Shown here piece by piece: positions 50,526 through 63,800 of a stretch of DNA of 64,000 nt. Numbering within the stretch: the first letter of the stretch is position 1; each line of letters opens with the position of its first letter. This stretch comes from Lama guanicoe (Eukaryota): positions 3,192,123-3,256,122 of the forward strand of contig MU053557.1 in the NCBI GenBank assembly GCA_013239625.1, given 5' to 3'. The notes beneath the pieces are model-generated. The model made no database searches. It was not told where the DNA came from and saw nothing but the letters and a program-made list of their open reading frames with translations. Made by a program: the position numbers and the translations under genes.

Positions 50526-52399
50526 CAGGACTGACTACATAGATTGTGGGGCTCAGTGCCCGTATTTCTAGAATTCTTGAACTTCAGAAGGAGAGGAGCC
50601 CTGAACATAATCTATTCTTGTGGGTCCCTACCTGTGTTGACCAGAGACTTCATTGCCCAGTGACCTTCCTCAGAGGCTGCCCAGAGGGGAGGTGGGACAG
50701 ACCTCCCACTGAAGCTGGGGAAGGCCTCTATCCATGCGGCTCCACTTTCATTGGGTTTATGGATAAGATTACTTTTTTTTCCCCTAAAAGAAGAGGTATG
50801 CTACTAGAAAATCTCAAATTTAACTCAAACTAACATTTTATTTTAAAAATAGAGGAACTAAGGCCCAGAAAGGCCAAGGGATTTGGCCAAATTTATACAG
50901 TAAATAATGGAGAACCATGTCTCACCCTTGGTCTCTTGGCGGTCAGACAAATGTTCTTTCCACCAGGCTGAGGGTGGCTTCAAATAAGTGTAAGAGCTGT
51001 TATATAATAAGATGAGCTTCTAAAAGCAGACAGGACCAGGATGCTGGCAGGAAGTCAAGCACTTTGAATTGCCTGGCCTAACACGACAATGACCTCTTCT
51101 ATCAGCTAACGCAACACAGCACCTGAAGTCAGAAAAGCTTGGTGTGACTCCTGGAGACACTGTGTAAAGAGTTAGCTGATGTTCATTTATTCACCATTTC
51201 ATTCAAATATTTAATGAGGTTTTATTACAAATGAGGGACTGCACTAATTGCCAGGTATACAAATGTAAAAAAGACAAATTTTGATTAAGTTACTGAAACT
51301 ATCTCATTCATTCATTCAAAAATACGTATTGAGCACCAATTATGAGACAATCACTGTGGAAGGGCCTTGCCCTCAAGGATTCCAGGCTAGTGGGAAAGGA
51401 GTAAATAAGAATTTATAACACAGACTGATAAGGATCAAATAGAGGTGCATTAGGGAGCATACAGGTGTACCTCATCTGGTTTCAAGGGCTCATGAAAGGT
51501 CCCTAGAAACCCTCAAGATGAAGCTGAGATCTGAAGGAGAGGGAGTGAGAGAAGCCCAGTTACCCCACCTGTAAAATAGGAATAATAATATCATCCCCTT
51601 CGTGATGCCGTGAAGGTCCAAAGAGAGATCCCTATGAAGGGTCCAGCCTGGCACACTGTGATGGCATTACGCATCACAGAAGTACAGGATCCCTATCTTC
51701 ATACACATAGGAGCTGACCAGGGCCTTATGTTTGTCTGTCTGTGGCTGTCGACCAGGGAAGTCAGCAGCCCACACAGGAAGAAATCTCTGTCTCCAGCTT
51801 CCTTAGCGTCTGGTTACAAGCAAATAACCAGGCCCAGACACCGGCCTTGGAAAGAAGCCCACACGGCTGGCCACTTCATTTGGGAATTTCACCCGGTGGC
51901 AAAGACTGCACCCAACACAGTCTTCCTCCTAAGGTGGTTTCCTCCCCCACCCCCTCCCCCTTTGTCAAGCCCCAAACAACCCCCGCATCAAGTGATTTAT
52001 GTCCCTTCCAGGGCCTTTTCCCCTTCACAGACCATCTGGCCTTCCTGCCTCTGCCTGCAGGGAGGCGGTAATCCAGTGTTTGCAGCTTTATGGACGGTTT
52101 CTATGGAAATGATGACAATATTGTAGCTATTGTAGAGACACATCACTGCTGACTGACTGAGAGACGGGACTTGAAAGGGGAAATTTGGAATTAAGTATCA
52201 ACAACCTAAGTCCTTAGCAACAATAACTAGTTTTTCCTAACATGGTTCCTACCCACAGTAACAAACAGTAACAAACTAATATTGTTCTTGTATTAACAAT
52301 GTGAAGAAAGGTTATTTCTCAAATCCTGTGTGGAGATGACACAGAGAAGATAAAAATCAGGCCCCGCGCAAGTGCTCACTGGCAGGAACTAGAAATGAG

Positions 52400-52665
52400 A
52401 ATCTCATTTATACAAGGAATCTAAAAAAAAAAAAGGGGGGGAAGCTCATAGATTCAGAAACTGGTGGTTATGGGGGTGGGAGGAGTGGGTGAAGGGGGGT
52501 CAAAAGGTACAAACTTCTCCCACTTATAAAACAAACAGGTTCTGAGGATGTAATGTACAGCATGGTGACTACAGTTAATAATACTACATTGTAGATTTCA
52601 AAGTTGCTAAGACAAAAATCTTAAAAAGTTCTCACCACAAGAAAAATAATTCTGAAAAAAAAATT
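52400..52665 (+). mobile_element. L1MA-type 3' UTR fragment
   Basis: GGTCAAAAGGTACAAACTT...ATGTACAGCATGGTGACTACAGTTAATAATAC...AAAGTTGCTAAGA...TTCTCACCACAAGAAAA. Confidence 0.8.
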
Positions 52666-53859
52666 TTTTTTAATTTTAGATCAAGGTTAGAGAACTGAGG
52701 GCCGTAACTTAAGAAACTGAATGCTTCCAATTTCCACCATGGCACCCAAGACCAGGTGACAACAGTGGATGATTTGGTGTGGTTTATTAACGGCTTCTCA
52801 AATCATCAGAAGAGCTTTGCAAGGAATGGGGACATAGAAATGCTTATTTAGGAAAAAGGAGTGGTCAGCATCCACTAATAGTTTCCCAATGTGGAGAAGA
52901 TAAAGCAACCATACAACAGGACCTCCACTGAGGGTTTCTCGCCAGCACCGAGATCCCTCGCTTTTGTTGGGGCCCCTAATTTTCTTCCATGAGAGGTTCC
53001 ATCTTTTACTTAGTAAAAGAGGTTGATTTGAGGTTGACTTGAGCAGGATGCTCTCATTCAATTTCAAAAGCAATGCGGGGTCCCAGGAGGCAATGCGGAA
53101 AGTGTTCTGAAAAAATAGACTAAAATATAAGTATAATCCACTCTCCCATGGCTAAGATTTTGCTAAATTTCTGTTTAATTTTTTTGTTGTGGCTGAGAGG
53201 GTGGGTTTGAGGATTTAGACAGAATTCTGGCTTTGCAAGCTGTTTGAGCTCCTGCAGGTTATGGAACCTCTGTGAGCCTGTCTTCCTACCCAAGGAGTAG
53301 ACAGTGCCTTCCTTCAGAGGGCTGAGGAACCAGGAACACTTTCTCACGCCAGCAGGCTTCCACAGTATTGTTCTTAATGGCGCTATGTATTCTGCCCTTT
53401 GAATAGGCCATAAATTATTTATGTCCTGCTATTGAATCAATTGTCCTATATAGTTAATATTAAAGTAAAGAATGACTTCTTATAAATGATCTCTAGTCCT
53501 CCCTTCGTTTTCTGTGTATTTTTCAGCAGAGGAGTCTAATGCACCTCATTTATAGCAAATAAACTGAGCCCACGTGACTATGATGGACAGGGAGGCAGTG
53601 TCCTCAGGAGCACGCGGCGGGTCCTGCCCTTGCAGCTGAGCTCGTGGGCAGCGTGGGAAGAGCGCTGGCCAGGGAAACAGGAAATCTGGGTTTTACTTCC
53701 ACCCTCCGAACCCCCTTCTTCTAAGTGTGTGACTCGGGCACACGACCTGATCTCTCTTTCCTCACTTGTAAAATAGCTGTCATTAGAAAACCTGCCTCCG
53801 AGGTTTCTGTGAAGAGAATTAAATTACTAAGTGCGAAGTGTTTTACAAAGTGCCTGGCA

Positions 53860-54326
53860 CAGCACTGGTCACAACAGCCAAAAAGTCGAAACAACCCAAA
53901 TGTCCATCAGCTGGTGGATAAAAAAAACAAAGTGCAGTATATCCATACAAGGGAACAGGATACAGCCACAGAAAGAAAAGAGTACTGATGGAGGCTCCAA
54001 CACAGATGAGCCCTGGAAACACACTCAGTGAAAGAAGCCAGACCCAAAGGGCCTCCAATTCTATGAAATGTCCAGAATAGGCAAATCTACACAGACAGAA
54101 AGCAGATTAGTGGTTGCCAAGGTCTGGAGGGAGTGGGGGTTGGGGAGGTGGTGACTGCTTAAGGGGACAGAGTTTCCCTTTAGGGGGATGAAATGATTTA
54201 GACCTCGATAGTGGTGATGATTGTACAACATTGTAAATGTACTTACTACCACAGAAATGCACTTTAAAATGGTTAAAAATGGTAAACTTTATGTTTTGTA
54301 TATCTTAACTACTGTTTTAAAAAAAC
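53860..54326 (+). mobile_element. L1MB-type 3' end inserted into a MIR
   Basis: AAACAACCCAAATGTCCATCA...AAATGTCCAGAATAGGCAAATC...CACTTTAAAATGGTTAAAA; TSD AGTGCCTGGCA at 53849-53859 and 54327-54337; MIR sequence resumes on both sides. Confidence 0.88.
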
Positions 54327-55507
54327 AGTGCCTGGCATAAAATAAGCACTCAATAAATTTTATTTTTCATCCTTAATCCCCTCTTGAGGTCTCAATTTTC
54401 CTATTTATAAAGCGAAAGAGACAAAATGATCATTGAAACTGCTTCTGCCTCTGAGACCCTGCCCTCTAGTTGGATGGACCTGTCTTGGGATGGAGAAATC
54501 TTTCCATGAAAGGCCATCTCCTGCCCTCTCCCTCCTCTGGTCTAATGCACAACCGGTGCCTTCTTCTGAGCACTCACTTTTGAAGCTGCCATCCCTTTGT
54601 CCACAACGATATCCCTTCACGTACCCAACAGATCTCCCTGATTGCTGGTGACCCTGAAGAGGCTCATGGTGGACTCTCAGTAAATATCTGTTGGACCCGT
54701 GAAAGGATGAAAGAATCAATGAAGGAAAGAGTGAGTGGAAAGCCACCGACTCTCCCTCCAGTGGAACCAGCCACAGCTGAGCTCCCCACCCAGAAGTCAG
54801 ATTTCCTGAACAGTGAGCACGCATCTTCCAAAAGGTAATAAACGCCCGCCCAATCACACCCTTCCTCTGAAAATTCCTAATCGCACTTTTATTGGACAAG
54901 CCAATATGTTAGCTCTCAAAGCTCCTCATTTTTAATCTGTTGACATGTCTTAAGAGTGAGTGAGCTTTGCCTTCTCCCTGTTCACTTAATAGTGTCATGT
55001 TCTGGTAACATCGCCAAGAAGTCTTGTCCACTGTCCCCTCTCCTCTTTGTAGCTCCAAGCTCTTTGCTGTCTTGGCACCTCTCCTTTATCTTAGCACCCC
55101 AGCAAAGCTTGACCTCCTCTTTCCTAATGGCTCGGACTGCCTTTCTTTCTTTCTTTCCCATTGTCACATCCAGGTTACCCTCGGCAACCTCCCCCTTTCC
55201 CCAGTCTCTGTTCTTGACAAAGCCTTGCCTCCACTTCTTATTTCATTCTCTAAAATACCTTGCATTGTTCACCCCTTCATTGCCATATATGAATTTACTT
55301 TTAATATCCTCCTCCAACCTCAGACTTCCTGAAAAGGGGAGGGGAGTTTCTGAGCCTTTTAGATTATCTTGCATAGTTCCCATATCTACATCAAATTCTA
55401 AATCTTTTCATATTGACAAGTGGCCATGACTCACTCTGCCATTCTATCACACATGCAAACACACATGCGCGCACACACACACCTGCCCCTTTTCTTGTAT
55501 TCAAGAT

Positions 55508-55712
55508 CAGGGATCAGCAAACTCTTGCTCTTGGATCAAATCCAGGGCACCACCCGATTTTGCAAATAAGGTTTTACTGGCACACAGCCACACCCATTCA
55601 TTTACATATGGACTATGGATGGCTTGGTTGTATGGCGTTTAGTACTTGGAACAGATACCTTATAGCCTGAAAAGTCTAAGATATTTACTATCTGGACTTT
55701 TACAGACTCCTG
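55508..55712. mobile_element. MER58A-like hAT-Charlie DNA transposon fossil
   Basis: CAGGGATCAGCAAACT...TTTGCAAATAAGGTTTTACTGGCACACAGCCAC.CCCATTCATTTAC...AAGATATTTACTATCTGGACTTTTACAGA...CCTG. Confidence 0.8.
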
Positions 55713-58700
55713 CTGTAGACAACTGAGGGATGCCTCAGCCTTTATTTGCAAACTCTTAGCCAAAAGCAAGCATTGCCAGATACCGCCTTCATTTCAAATC
55801 ACTTTCACTTGAAACTCCCCACTCCTCACCTGTAATCTCACTGGCTTCCTATCTCTCTGGGAAGGTTTTCCCTTCTTACCAACTGTGTGAGATACCATTA
55901 TCCATCAACTGTATTTTTTTTCCGCCTCACTCAGTATCCATTTATCACACAACTTTCCATTTCATTGGCTTTATTTATTTCTACGTGACAGGATGGAGTC
56001 AAAGGAAAACAGCCCCTCCCCTGCCCACTTTCAATTCCATGTAAGCACTGTATATTTTCTCTATGGACATAGTCTAGCTTCTTGGAAATAAACCAAGTGA
56101 TTCTGCCCTCCAAAGAGACTGTCTTTAACAGTGGTGTGTGGGCTCTAGGGTCCTGCAGGCCTGGATCTGAGCTCCATTTCAGTCACCATCCTTTGAAAAC
56201 CATCTGCCCTTAGCAGATGCCTTTAAATCAGGTCAACCAACTAGCAAGCCACAGCACCCAATACTAATAATTATCAAGCATTTGAGGTATTTCATGACAA
56301 CTACCAGCGTCCCTTTCTATTTTTTCCTTCCCTTGCTCTATTTCCTGTCCCTTTCCAGGGCCTCCTATTTTCCAATATTTTCTGTTTTAGCCACTGAGTT
56401 CACTTTTGGACTTGACCAAACTCTGCTTTCCTATTTTAATTCTGGAAGCCTCATCCCTTCACCTCCCAGAAGACCTTTTCTTTTAGATAATCCTCTCAGC
56501 CAAGCCAGTTCTAGGCTCTGGACACTCAGTACCAAAGTTTACCTGCCACTGCATGTAAGGAGAACAGCAAAGTAGTATATAAAAAGCAATCAGACCATCC
56601 TACTCCTAGAGCTTAAATCCTGACTGTCCATTTTCAGTTGCCTGATTATAGGAAGTCACGTACCTGCTCTGAGATTCAGTCTCTCTTCCAGACTCTGTAG
56701 ATTTCATACCTATTATGAAGAGTTATTGTGAGGATTAGAGACAGCAGTGCCTTGCATAAGGTGGTACTCCACAGATGGGTCTTTTCATTAGAACACATCT
56801 TGAAATTAGTATTTGTGCACCTAAACCCAAGGAAAAGTAAAATTCCCAGAGATTATTATGGTGGGAATTACTTTGGTAGAGGAAAAAAAAAATCTGTTCT
56901 TTTAGCAGATTTCTTTTTACAAATTTATCTTGCTTCCTATGTTTTTCTCTTCAGTTAAGGCTTAAAATCTTCTTCTTCCCATGTCTTTTTTCTTGTCCCC
57001 ATTTACTGGACTCTTGCAGCCCCTTAATCTCATCTGCTGTTGAGCAATATGGTCCAGGCTGTACCCATCTTTCTTATAAAATTTACACAAAACACTTCCC
57101 TGGCTTTACGCACTGTAGAGCCCTGCCTGTGAAGCTTCACGTAGGAAACAACCATCCCACGCTCAGTGTTCCTGCAGTTTGAAAATGACCAATCACAGGT
57201 GGCCATTGCTGGGAATTTTCCACTGAGAAATGGTAACGAAATGAATACACAAAAAGATTTGGCTAGAAGGAGGTCTACCCCTTCCTTATTTACAACAGCA
57301 GAAGAAGAGGAAGTAAAAGTAAAATAAATGCCCAATTAAAGGGAGTACATTATTAAATGGGTGGTGTCTCACAACAGAGTACTAGACAGCTATTGTAAAT
57401 TATATTTTGGAAAACTGTTGGTGCTCTAAAGATGCCATAGTAATTTAAGTTTAATAGAATAGTTTAGGGTTCCTGGTCCATCACGTAAGGAGCTAAGAAG
57501 TCTCCACGCCATCCTAACCACAAGTAAAAAGCTGAGCAAACCAACAACTCTGAGACCCAGGAGAACGGAGAGGACACAGGGAAAACCACTACCCCCCAAA
57601 GTGGAGAAACAGACAAGTGAATACAGAGAAGAATCACAACCAACCTGAACAGAAAATCGGAAGCAAACGTTTGTTCCCACAGGAACCAGTGCTGGGGCAG
57701 GAAAGCCTGAACTGGGACTGACAGTAGCTGGAGGCGCAGCGTGGACGATGAGAGGTAAACGCCCCAGGGGAGCTCACTTACCCAGTTATCAGAGGGCCCT
57801 CATAGTTCTGCACCTTTTAGCTCCAAGAGCCCTACCTGGTCCTCACAGGGAACATCAGGGAAAAATCCTCTGCTGCTTCTGGCAGCGAGAGGGGAAGAGG
57901 AACCACTGTGAAACACATCAGGGCCTCTGTTCTTCTTAAAGAGGCCAGCCTTCAGAAGAAACCATTTTACCAGAGCCCAACCTGCTGGGGTTTCATCAGA
58001 GCCTAACCTACATGGGGGGGTGGAGAGGAGGCAATACCCTGCACTAGCCACCTCTAGAAGGAAAATACACAACTCCAGCCCCCTCCAAACATCCTAGTGA
58101 GTGTCAAGGAAGGACTGAGATGTTGGTGAAGTTCACAGTTTAGAGGCACAGATTTACCCGAAGACTGGGACCTAATCATAGCACTACAGAATGCTTCCCC
58201 TCTGTCCACATCTTACCCCCAAGTTAATAAAGGTCTGTTTACTGGAGCTCCTTTTGCTCAGTACATTGTGTCTAGCTTTCAACAAAAAATAACAAGGCAT
58301 ACTGAAAGGTAAAAAAAAAAAACCACAGTGTGAAGAGATTTGAATGAGCATCAGAAACAGAGTCAGATACAGCAGGAATGTTGGAATTATCAGACCAGGG
58401 GTTTAGAAAAACTATGATTAATACGTTAAGGGTTTCAATGGAAAAAGCAGAAACATGCAAGAACAGATAGACAATGTAAGCAGAGAGACGGAAATCCTAA
58501 CAAATAAATCAGAAAAATGCTAGAGATCAAAAACATTGTAACAGAAATGAAGAATGCCTTTGATGGGCTCCTTAGCAGACTAGATGCAACCGAGGAAAGC
58601 AGCTCTGAATTTGCATTTACAATAAAAGAAACTTCCAAAAGTGAGAAAAGAGAAAAAAAGACTGGAAAAAAAACAGAATATCCAAGAACTTTGGGACAAC

Positions 58701-58779
58701 TACAAAAAGTGTAATGTGCACACATGGGACTATCAGGAGGAAAAGAAACAGAAGCAATATTTAAAGAAATAACGACTGA

Positions 58780-59008
58780 TAAATTGTGAGTTCGAGATTT
58801 GCCGATACTATTTTCTTCATGTAAAACAGATAAACAAGTTTCTACTGCATAGCACAGGGAACTCTACTCAGTATCTTGTAATAACCTATAATGAAAAAGA
58901 ATAAGAAAATGAATATACTTGTGTATATATATATATGACTGAACTATTATGCTGTATACAAGAAACTGACACAGCATTGTAAGCTGCCTATACCTCAATT
59001 TTTAAAAA
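58780..59008 (+). mobile_element. Younger 5'-truncated L1 3' end nested inside ORF1 of the old L1
   Basis: ACTGCATAGCACAGGGAACT...CTATACCTCAATTTTTAAAAAAAA, homologous to 28626-28930 and 42381-42554; TSD AAATAACGACTGA (58767-58779) / AAAGAATGACTGA (59009-59021). Confidence 0.88.
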
Positions 59009-62000
59009 AAAGAATGACTGAGAATTTCCCCCAAATTAAGGTTAGACATCAAACCACAAATCCAGGAAGCTCACAGAATGCTAAGCCAAAAACAAACAAC
59101 AACAAAACCCCTACAGCTAAGCATATCATATTCAAAGTTGAGATAAAGGAAAAAAATCTTGAAAGAAGCTGAAGAGAGGAGAAACACCTTACCTATAGAG
59201 GTACAAAGGTAAGAGTTACATCAGACTTCTCAGAAACAAAGGAAGCAAGAAGAGAATGGAGTACAATATTTAAAGTGTTGAGAGGGGAAAAAAACAAAAC
59301 AGCCTACAACTCTGACCTTGTGAAATATCCTTCAAAAGTGAAGGAGAAATAAAAACTTCCTCAGACAAAGGAAAATCGAGGGAATTTGTTGGCAGCAGAT
59401 CTGCCTTCCGAGAAATGTTAAAAGTTCTTCAGAGAGAAGGAAAATGATATATGTCAGAAATTCGGATCTACATAAAGAAGGGAAGAACACTAGATAAGGA
59501 TCAAGTGAAGATAAAATAAACTTAATTGTCTTATTTTTAATTGATCTAATATGCTCACAGTTTGTTCAAAATAATAATAGGAAAAATGCAGTCAATTATT
59601 TCTTTACTTATTTAGGCTTATACATAAGTGAAGTGAATAATAACAATGATACAAGGGACAGGAGGGAGGAATTGGGACTATTTTGTTATTATATGGGACT
59701 TGCACTACTTATGAAGCAGTACAGCGTTATTCGAAAAGCAGACTTGGACTAGTTGTAAATGCATATCACAAAATCTAGGGCAAACAATAAAAAAGTACAA
59801 AAGAAGTACAGTTGATATGCTAAGAAAGGAGAGAAAATGGAATCATATAAAATGCTCAAATAAAATCAAAAAAGGCAGGAAAAGAAAGGAAGACAAAAAT
59901 AAGAACAAAGAACAAGAACAACAAGTAGAAAACATTAACAAATTGAGTAAATATTAACCCAATATATCAATAATCACTTTGAATATCAATGGTCTAAATA
60001 AATGTACCAATTAAAAGACAAAGACTGTCAGAGTTGATAAAAAAAACATAACCAGCTATATGCTGTCTACAAGAAACCAACTTTAGATATAAGGGTACAT
60101 ATAAACTAAAAGTGGATGGAGAAAAACATACCATGTTAACACCAATTAAAAGAAAGCAGGAGTAGCTGTATTAATTTCAGATAGAGCAGACTTCAAAGTA
60201 GAAAAGTTATCAGTAATTAAGAAGGGCATTACATAGTGATAAAAGGGTCAATTCTCCAGGAAGGCACAATAATTCTTAATGTGTATGTGCCTAAAAATAG
60301 AATATTTTAGGCAAAACGTGATAGAATTAGAGAAACAGATAAATCCTCTATTATACTCGGAGATTTTAATATCCTTCTATCAAAAATGGACAAATCCAGC
60401 AGGCAGAAAATAATGACATCGTTAAATTCAACAGCACTATCAATAAAGTAGACATAACTGGTATCTACAGACTGTTTCATCCAACAACAGAAGACTATAC
60501 ATTCTTCTCAAGCTCACATAGAACATTCACCAAGATAGATCATATTCTTGGCTACAAAACATGCTTTAACAAATTTAAAAGAAAAGAAATCACATTAATA
60601 TCTGTTCTCAGACCACAAAAAGAATTAAACTAGAAATCAAAAAGAGGAAGATAGCTGGAAAATCTCCAGAACACTTGGAGGTTAAACAACATCCTTCTAA
60701 ATAACACATGGGTCAAAAAAGAAATCTCCAAAGAAATTTTAAAATATTTTGATCTAAATAAAAGTGAAAAGACAACATATCAAAATCTGTGGGATGCAAT
60801 TAAAGGAATGTTCAGAGGAAAACTTATAACATTGAATGTATATATTAGAAAAGAAGAAAGATCTAAAATCAACAGTCTAAGCTTCCACCTTAGGAAACTA
60901 GAAAAGGAAGACAAACTAGATCCAAAGTAAGTGAAAGAAAAGATAAAATAAAAATTAGAACCTAAATCAATTAAATTAAAAAGAAAAAAGCAATAAAGAA
61001 AATTAAACCAAAAGCTGGTTTTTCAAAAAGATCAGTAAAATTGATAAGCATCTAGGCAGGACAACTAAGAAAAAAAGAGAAGACATGAATTATTTATATC
61101 AGAAATAAGAGAAGGGACATCACTAGAGATCCCATGTACATTAAAAGGATAATAAAGGAATATTACAAAAAACTCTATTCCCATAAATTTGATAACCCAA
61201 ATGAAATGGACTAATTCTTTGAAAGACACAATCTGTTAAAACTCACACAAGAAGCAATGGACAATCTGAAGACCTAATGGTGAGAAACTCTAAGGAACGA
61301 ACACGATCCAGGTTCAAGATTTAATACAAAGCTTCCGTTATCAAGACAGTATGGTTTTGGTAAATGGATAAACAAATAGATTAATGGATCAGAACAGAGA
61401 GCCTAGAAATAGACCCATATAAATATAGTCAGCTGATCTTCAACAAAGGAGCAAAGGCAATACAATGGAGCAAAGACAGTTTTTTTGAACAAATGGTGCT
61501 GGAACAACCAGATATCCACATGCAACAAAATGAATCCAGATCTTACATCTGTCACAAAATTTAACTCAAAATGGATCACAAACTTAAATGTAAAATGCAA
61601 AACTATATACCCTTAGAAGATAAGATAGAAGAAAACCTAGATGACCTTGGGTATGGCAATGACTTGTTGGGTACAACATCAAAGGTACAATTCATGACAG
61701 AAATAATGGGTAAGCTGGACTTGATTAAAATTAAAGACTTCTCCACAAAAAAAAAAAAAAAAAAGTCAAGAGAATCAAAGGACAAGGCACAGACTGGGAG
61801 AAAATACTTGCAAGAGACACATGTGATAAAGGATTGTTATCCAAAAGATACAAAGGAAGAATTCTTAAAACAACAAACAATAAAAAAATGAACAACCCAA
61901 CCTAAAAATGGGCAAAAGACCTGAACAGACACCTCACAAGGAGACATACAGATGACAAGTAAGCATATGAAAACATGTACAACACTGTATGTCATTAGGG

Positions 62001-62469
62001 AATTGCAAATTAAAGCAACAATGAGATACCACTACACACTATTAGAACGGCCAAAATCTGAAACAATGACAACACCAAATGCTGGTGAGGATGTAGAGCA
62101 ACAGAAACTCACTCACTGAGGCTGGGAATGCAAAATGTTACAGCCACTTTGGAAGACAGTATGGAGATTTCTTACAAAACCAAACATACCCTTAACATAC
62201 GATCCAGCAATCACACTCAACTTATCCAAACAAACTGCAAATTTATGGCCACAAAAAAAAAAGCTGTAAATGAATGTTTACAACAGCTTTAGTCGTAATT
62301 GCCAAAACTTGGACGCAATCAAAATGTCCTTTAGTAAGTGAATGGACAAAAAAACTGTAGTCAATCTAGACGCTGGAATATTCAGTGCTAAAAAGAAATG
62401 AGTTATTAAACTATGAAAAGATGTATTTGGTTCACCAAATGCATATTACTGAGTAAAAGAAGGCCCTCT

Positions 62470-62560
62470 GAAAAGGTTAGATATTACATGATTCCTGGAA
62501 AAGGTTAGATATTATACGATTCCTGGAAAAGGTTAGATATTATACGATTCCTGGAAAAGG
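62470..62560. repeat. 28-bp tandem repeat, 3 copies, inside the L1 3' UTR
   Basis: GAAAAGGTTAGATATTA(CAT/TAC)GATTCCTG at 62470, 62498 and 62526, followed by GAAAAGG. Confidence 0.92.
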
Positions 62561-63639
62561 CAAAACTGTAGAGCAGTACTAAGATGTGTAGATGCCGGGT
62601 GTCAGAAGAAAGGGAGGGATGAATACGCAAAGCACAAAGGATTTTCAGGGCAGTGAAAATACTCTCTGTATGATACTATAATGGTGGATACGTGTCATCA
62701 TACATTTGTCAAAGTCCACAGCATGTATAACACCAAGACTGAACCCTAGTGTAAACTCTGGACTTTGGGTAACAATGTGCCAACGCAGGTTCACCAATTG
62801 TGACAAAGCACCACTCCGGTGGAGGATGCTGATAATGGAGGAGGCTATGCAAGCGTGGAGGTGGGAAATACGTGGGAAATCTCTGTACTTTCCACTCAGT
62901 TATGCTACGAACCTAAAACTGCTCTCAGAAATACAGTTTATTAAATGTTTTTAAAAGTGGTGGGGAAAAAACAGTTTAAAAACAGAGAATACTGAATATT
63001 CCCACTTCTATTTTGGATTAAAAAAATACACTGTTGTGTTAATGGCCATTTTCTCTGAAAAATTACAAAGAAAGGCAGTTTATGTTTCCCTAATGCTTAT
63101 CTATTGGGTTCACCTTTGTTCCTTCAATATGAGTCTTTGTGTGCCTACATAGTTGGTGCTTAGTAAATATTTTTGAATAAAAGGGAAAAGAGAAAATTAG
63201 TGCATGAAGGGAGATTTGGGGACTCCTCATTATCTTTATGGGGACCATTGTTGTCCACACTTCACTGGCCCAAACCCACATATACATCTGGAAGGAAAAC
63301 ACTGAGCACTAACTAGCATCCAGTCTGCAGCCTCCTCACAAGCCTTGAACAGTTCTGAACTTTTCTCTTAGATACCAGTCCATAAAGGTGGGTATGTCCA
63401 TGAGGAACTCAGACTGACAATGAACTCATTAGTGGCTATAATATTAGAACCACTGACTGGTGTGGCTTTGTTCCAAAGATCCTAGAAATACAAGCACTCA
63501 CCAACTAGGTTGGCGGGATGTGCCACCAGGATACAAGAAAAAAAAAGGTAGGATTTATATTTGTATTCATGATGATATTGCTTCTTTTCTAATTTGTACT
63601 TTTTCTTTGTATTTTATAATGTCATAGGATATTACATCA

Positions 63640-63800
63640 TTTATATATGTAATTTTTATATATGTGCATGTGTATACATATGTATGTATATACATATATA
63701 TACACACAGATGTATGTATATATACGCACATATTATGTAAAAAATACATATATGTAATTATACATGTGCTGTGTACATATATGTATGTATACACATATAT
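63640..63800. repeat. (TA/TG/CA)n low-complexity tract
   Basis: Alternating purine-pyrimidine TATG/TACA run. Confidence 0.8.

Larger units (their letters stand above)
57467..62969 (+). mobile_element. Old near-full-length L1 (L1MC1-like 3' end) with decayed ORF1 and ORF2 and internal deletion of most of the RT region
   Basis: 5' UTR about 57467-58300. ORF1 remnant (ORF 58517-58714 MLEIKNIVTEMKNAFDGLLSRLD...). ORF2 endonuclease motifs ITLNINGLN (59973-59999), CCLQET (60061-60078), GDFN (60359-60370) and SDH (60608-60616). ORF2 C-terminal region 61300-62350, L1MC-type 3' UTR 62400-62950. Many stops and frameshifts. Confidence 0.92.

Noticed and set aside
62470..62560. Short repeat arrays (here, 5070-5143 and 50454-50525) as CRISPR-like structures
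   Set aside because: Head-to-tail units with no unique spacers, mammalian context and no cas genes.
57467..62969. Potentially active L1
   Set aside because: Both ORFs have many stops and frameshifts, the RT region is deleted and ORF1 carries a nested insertion.
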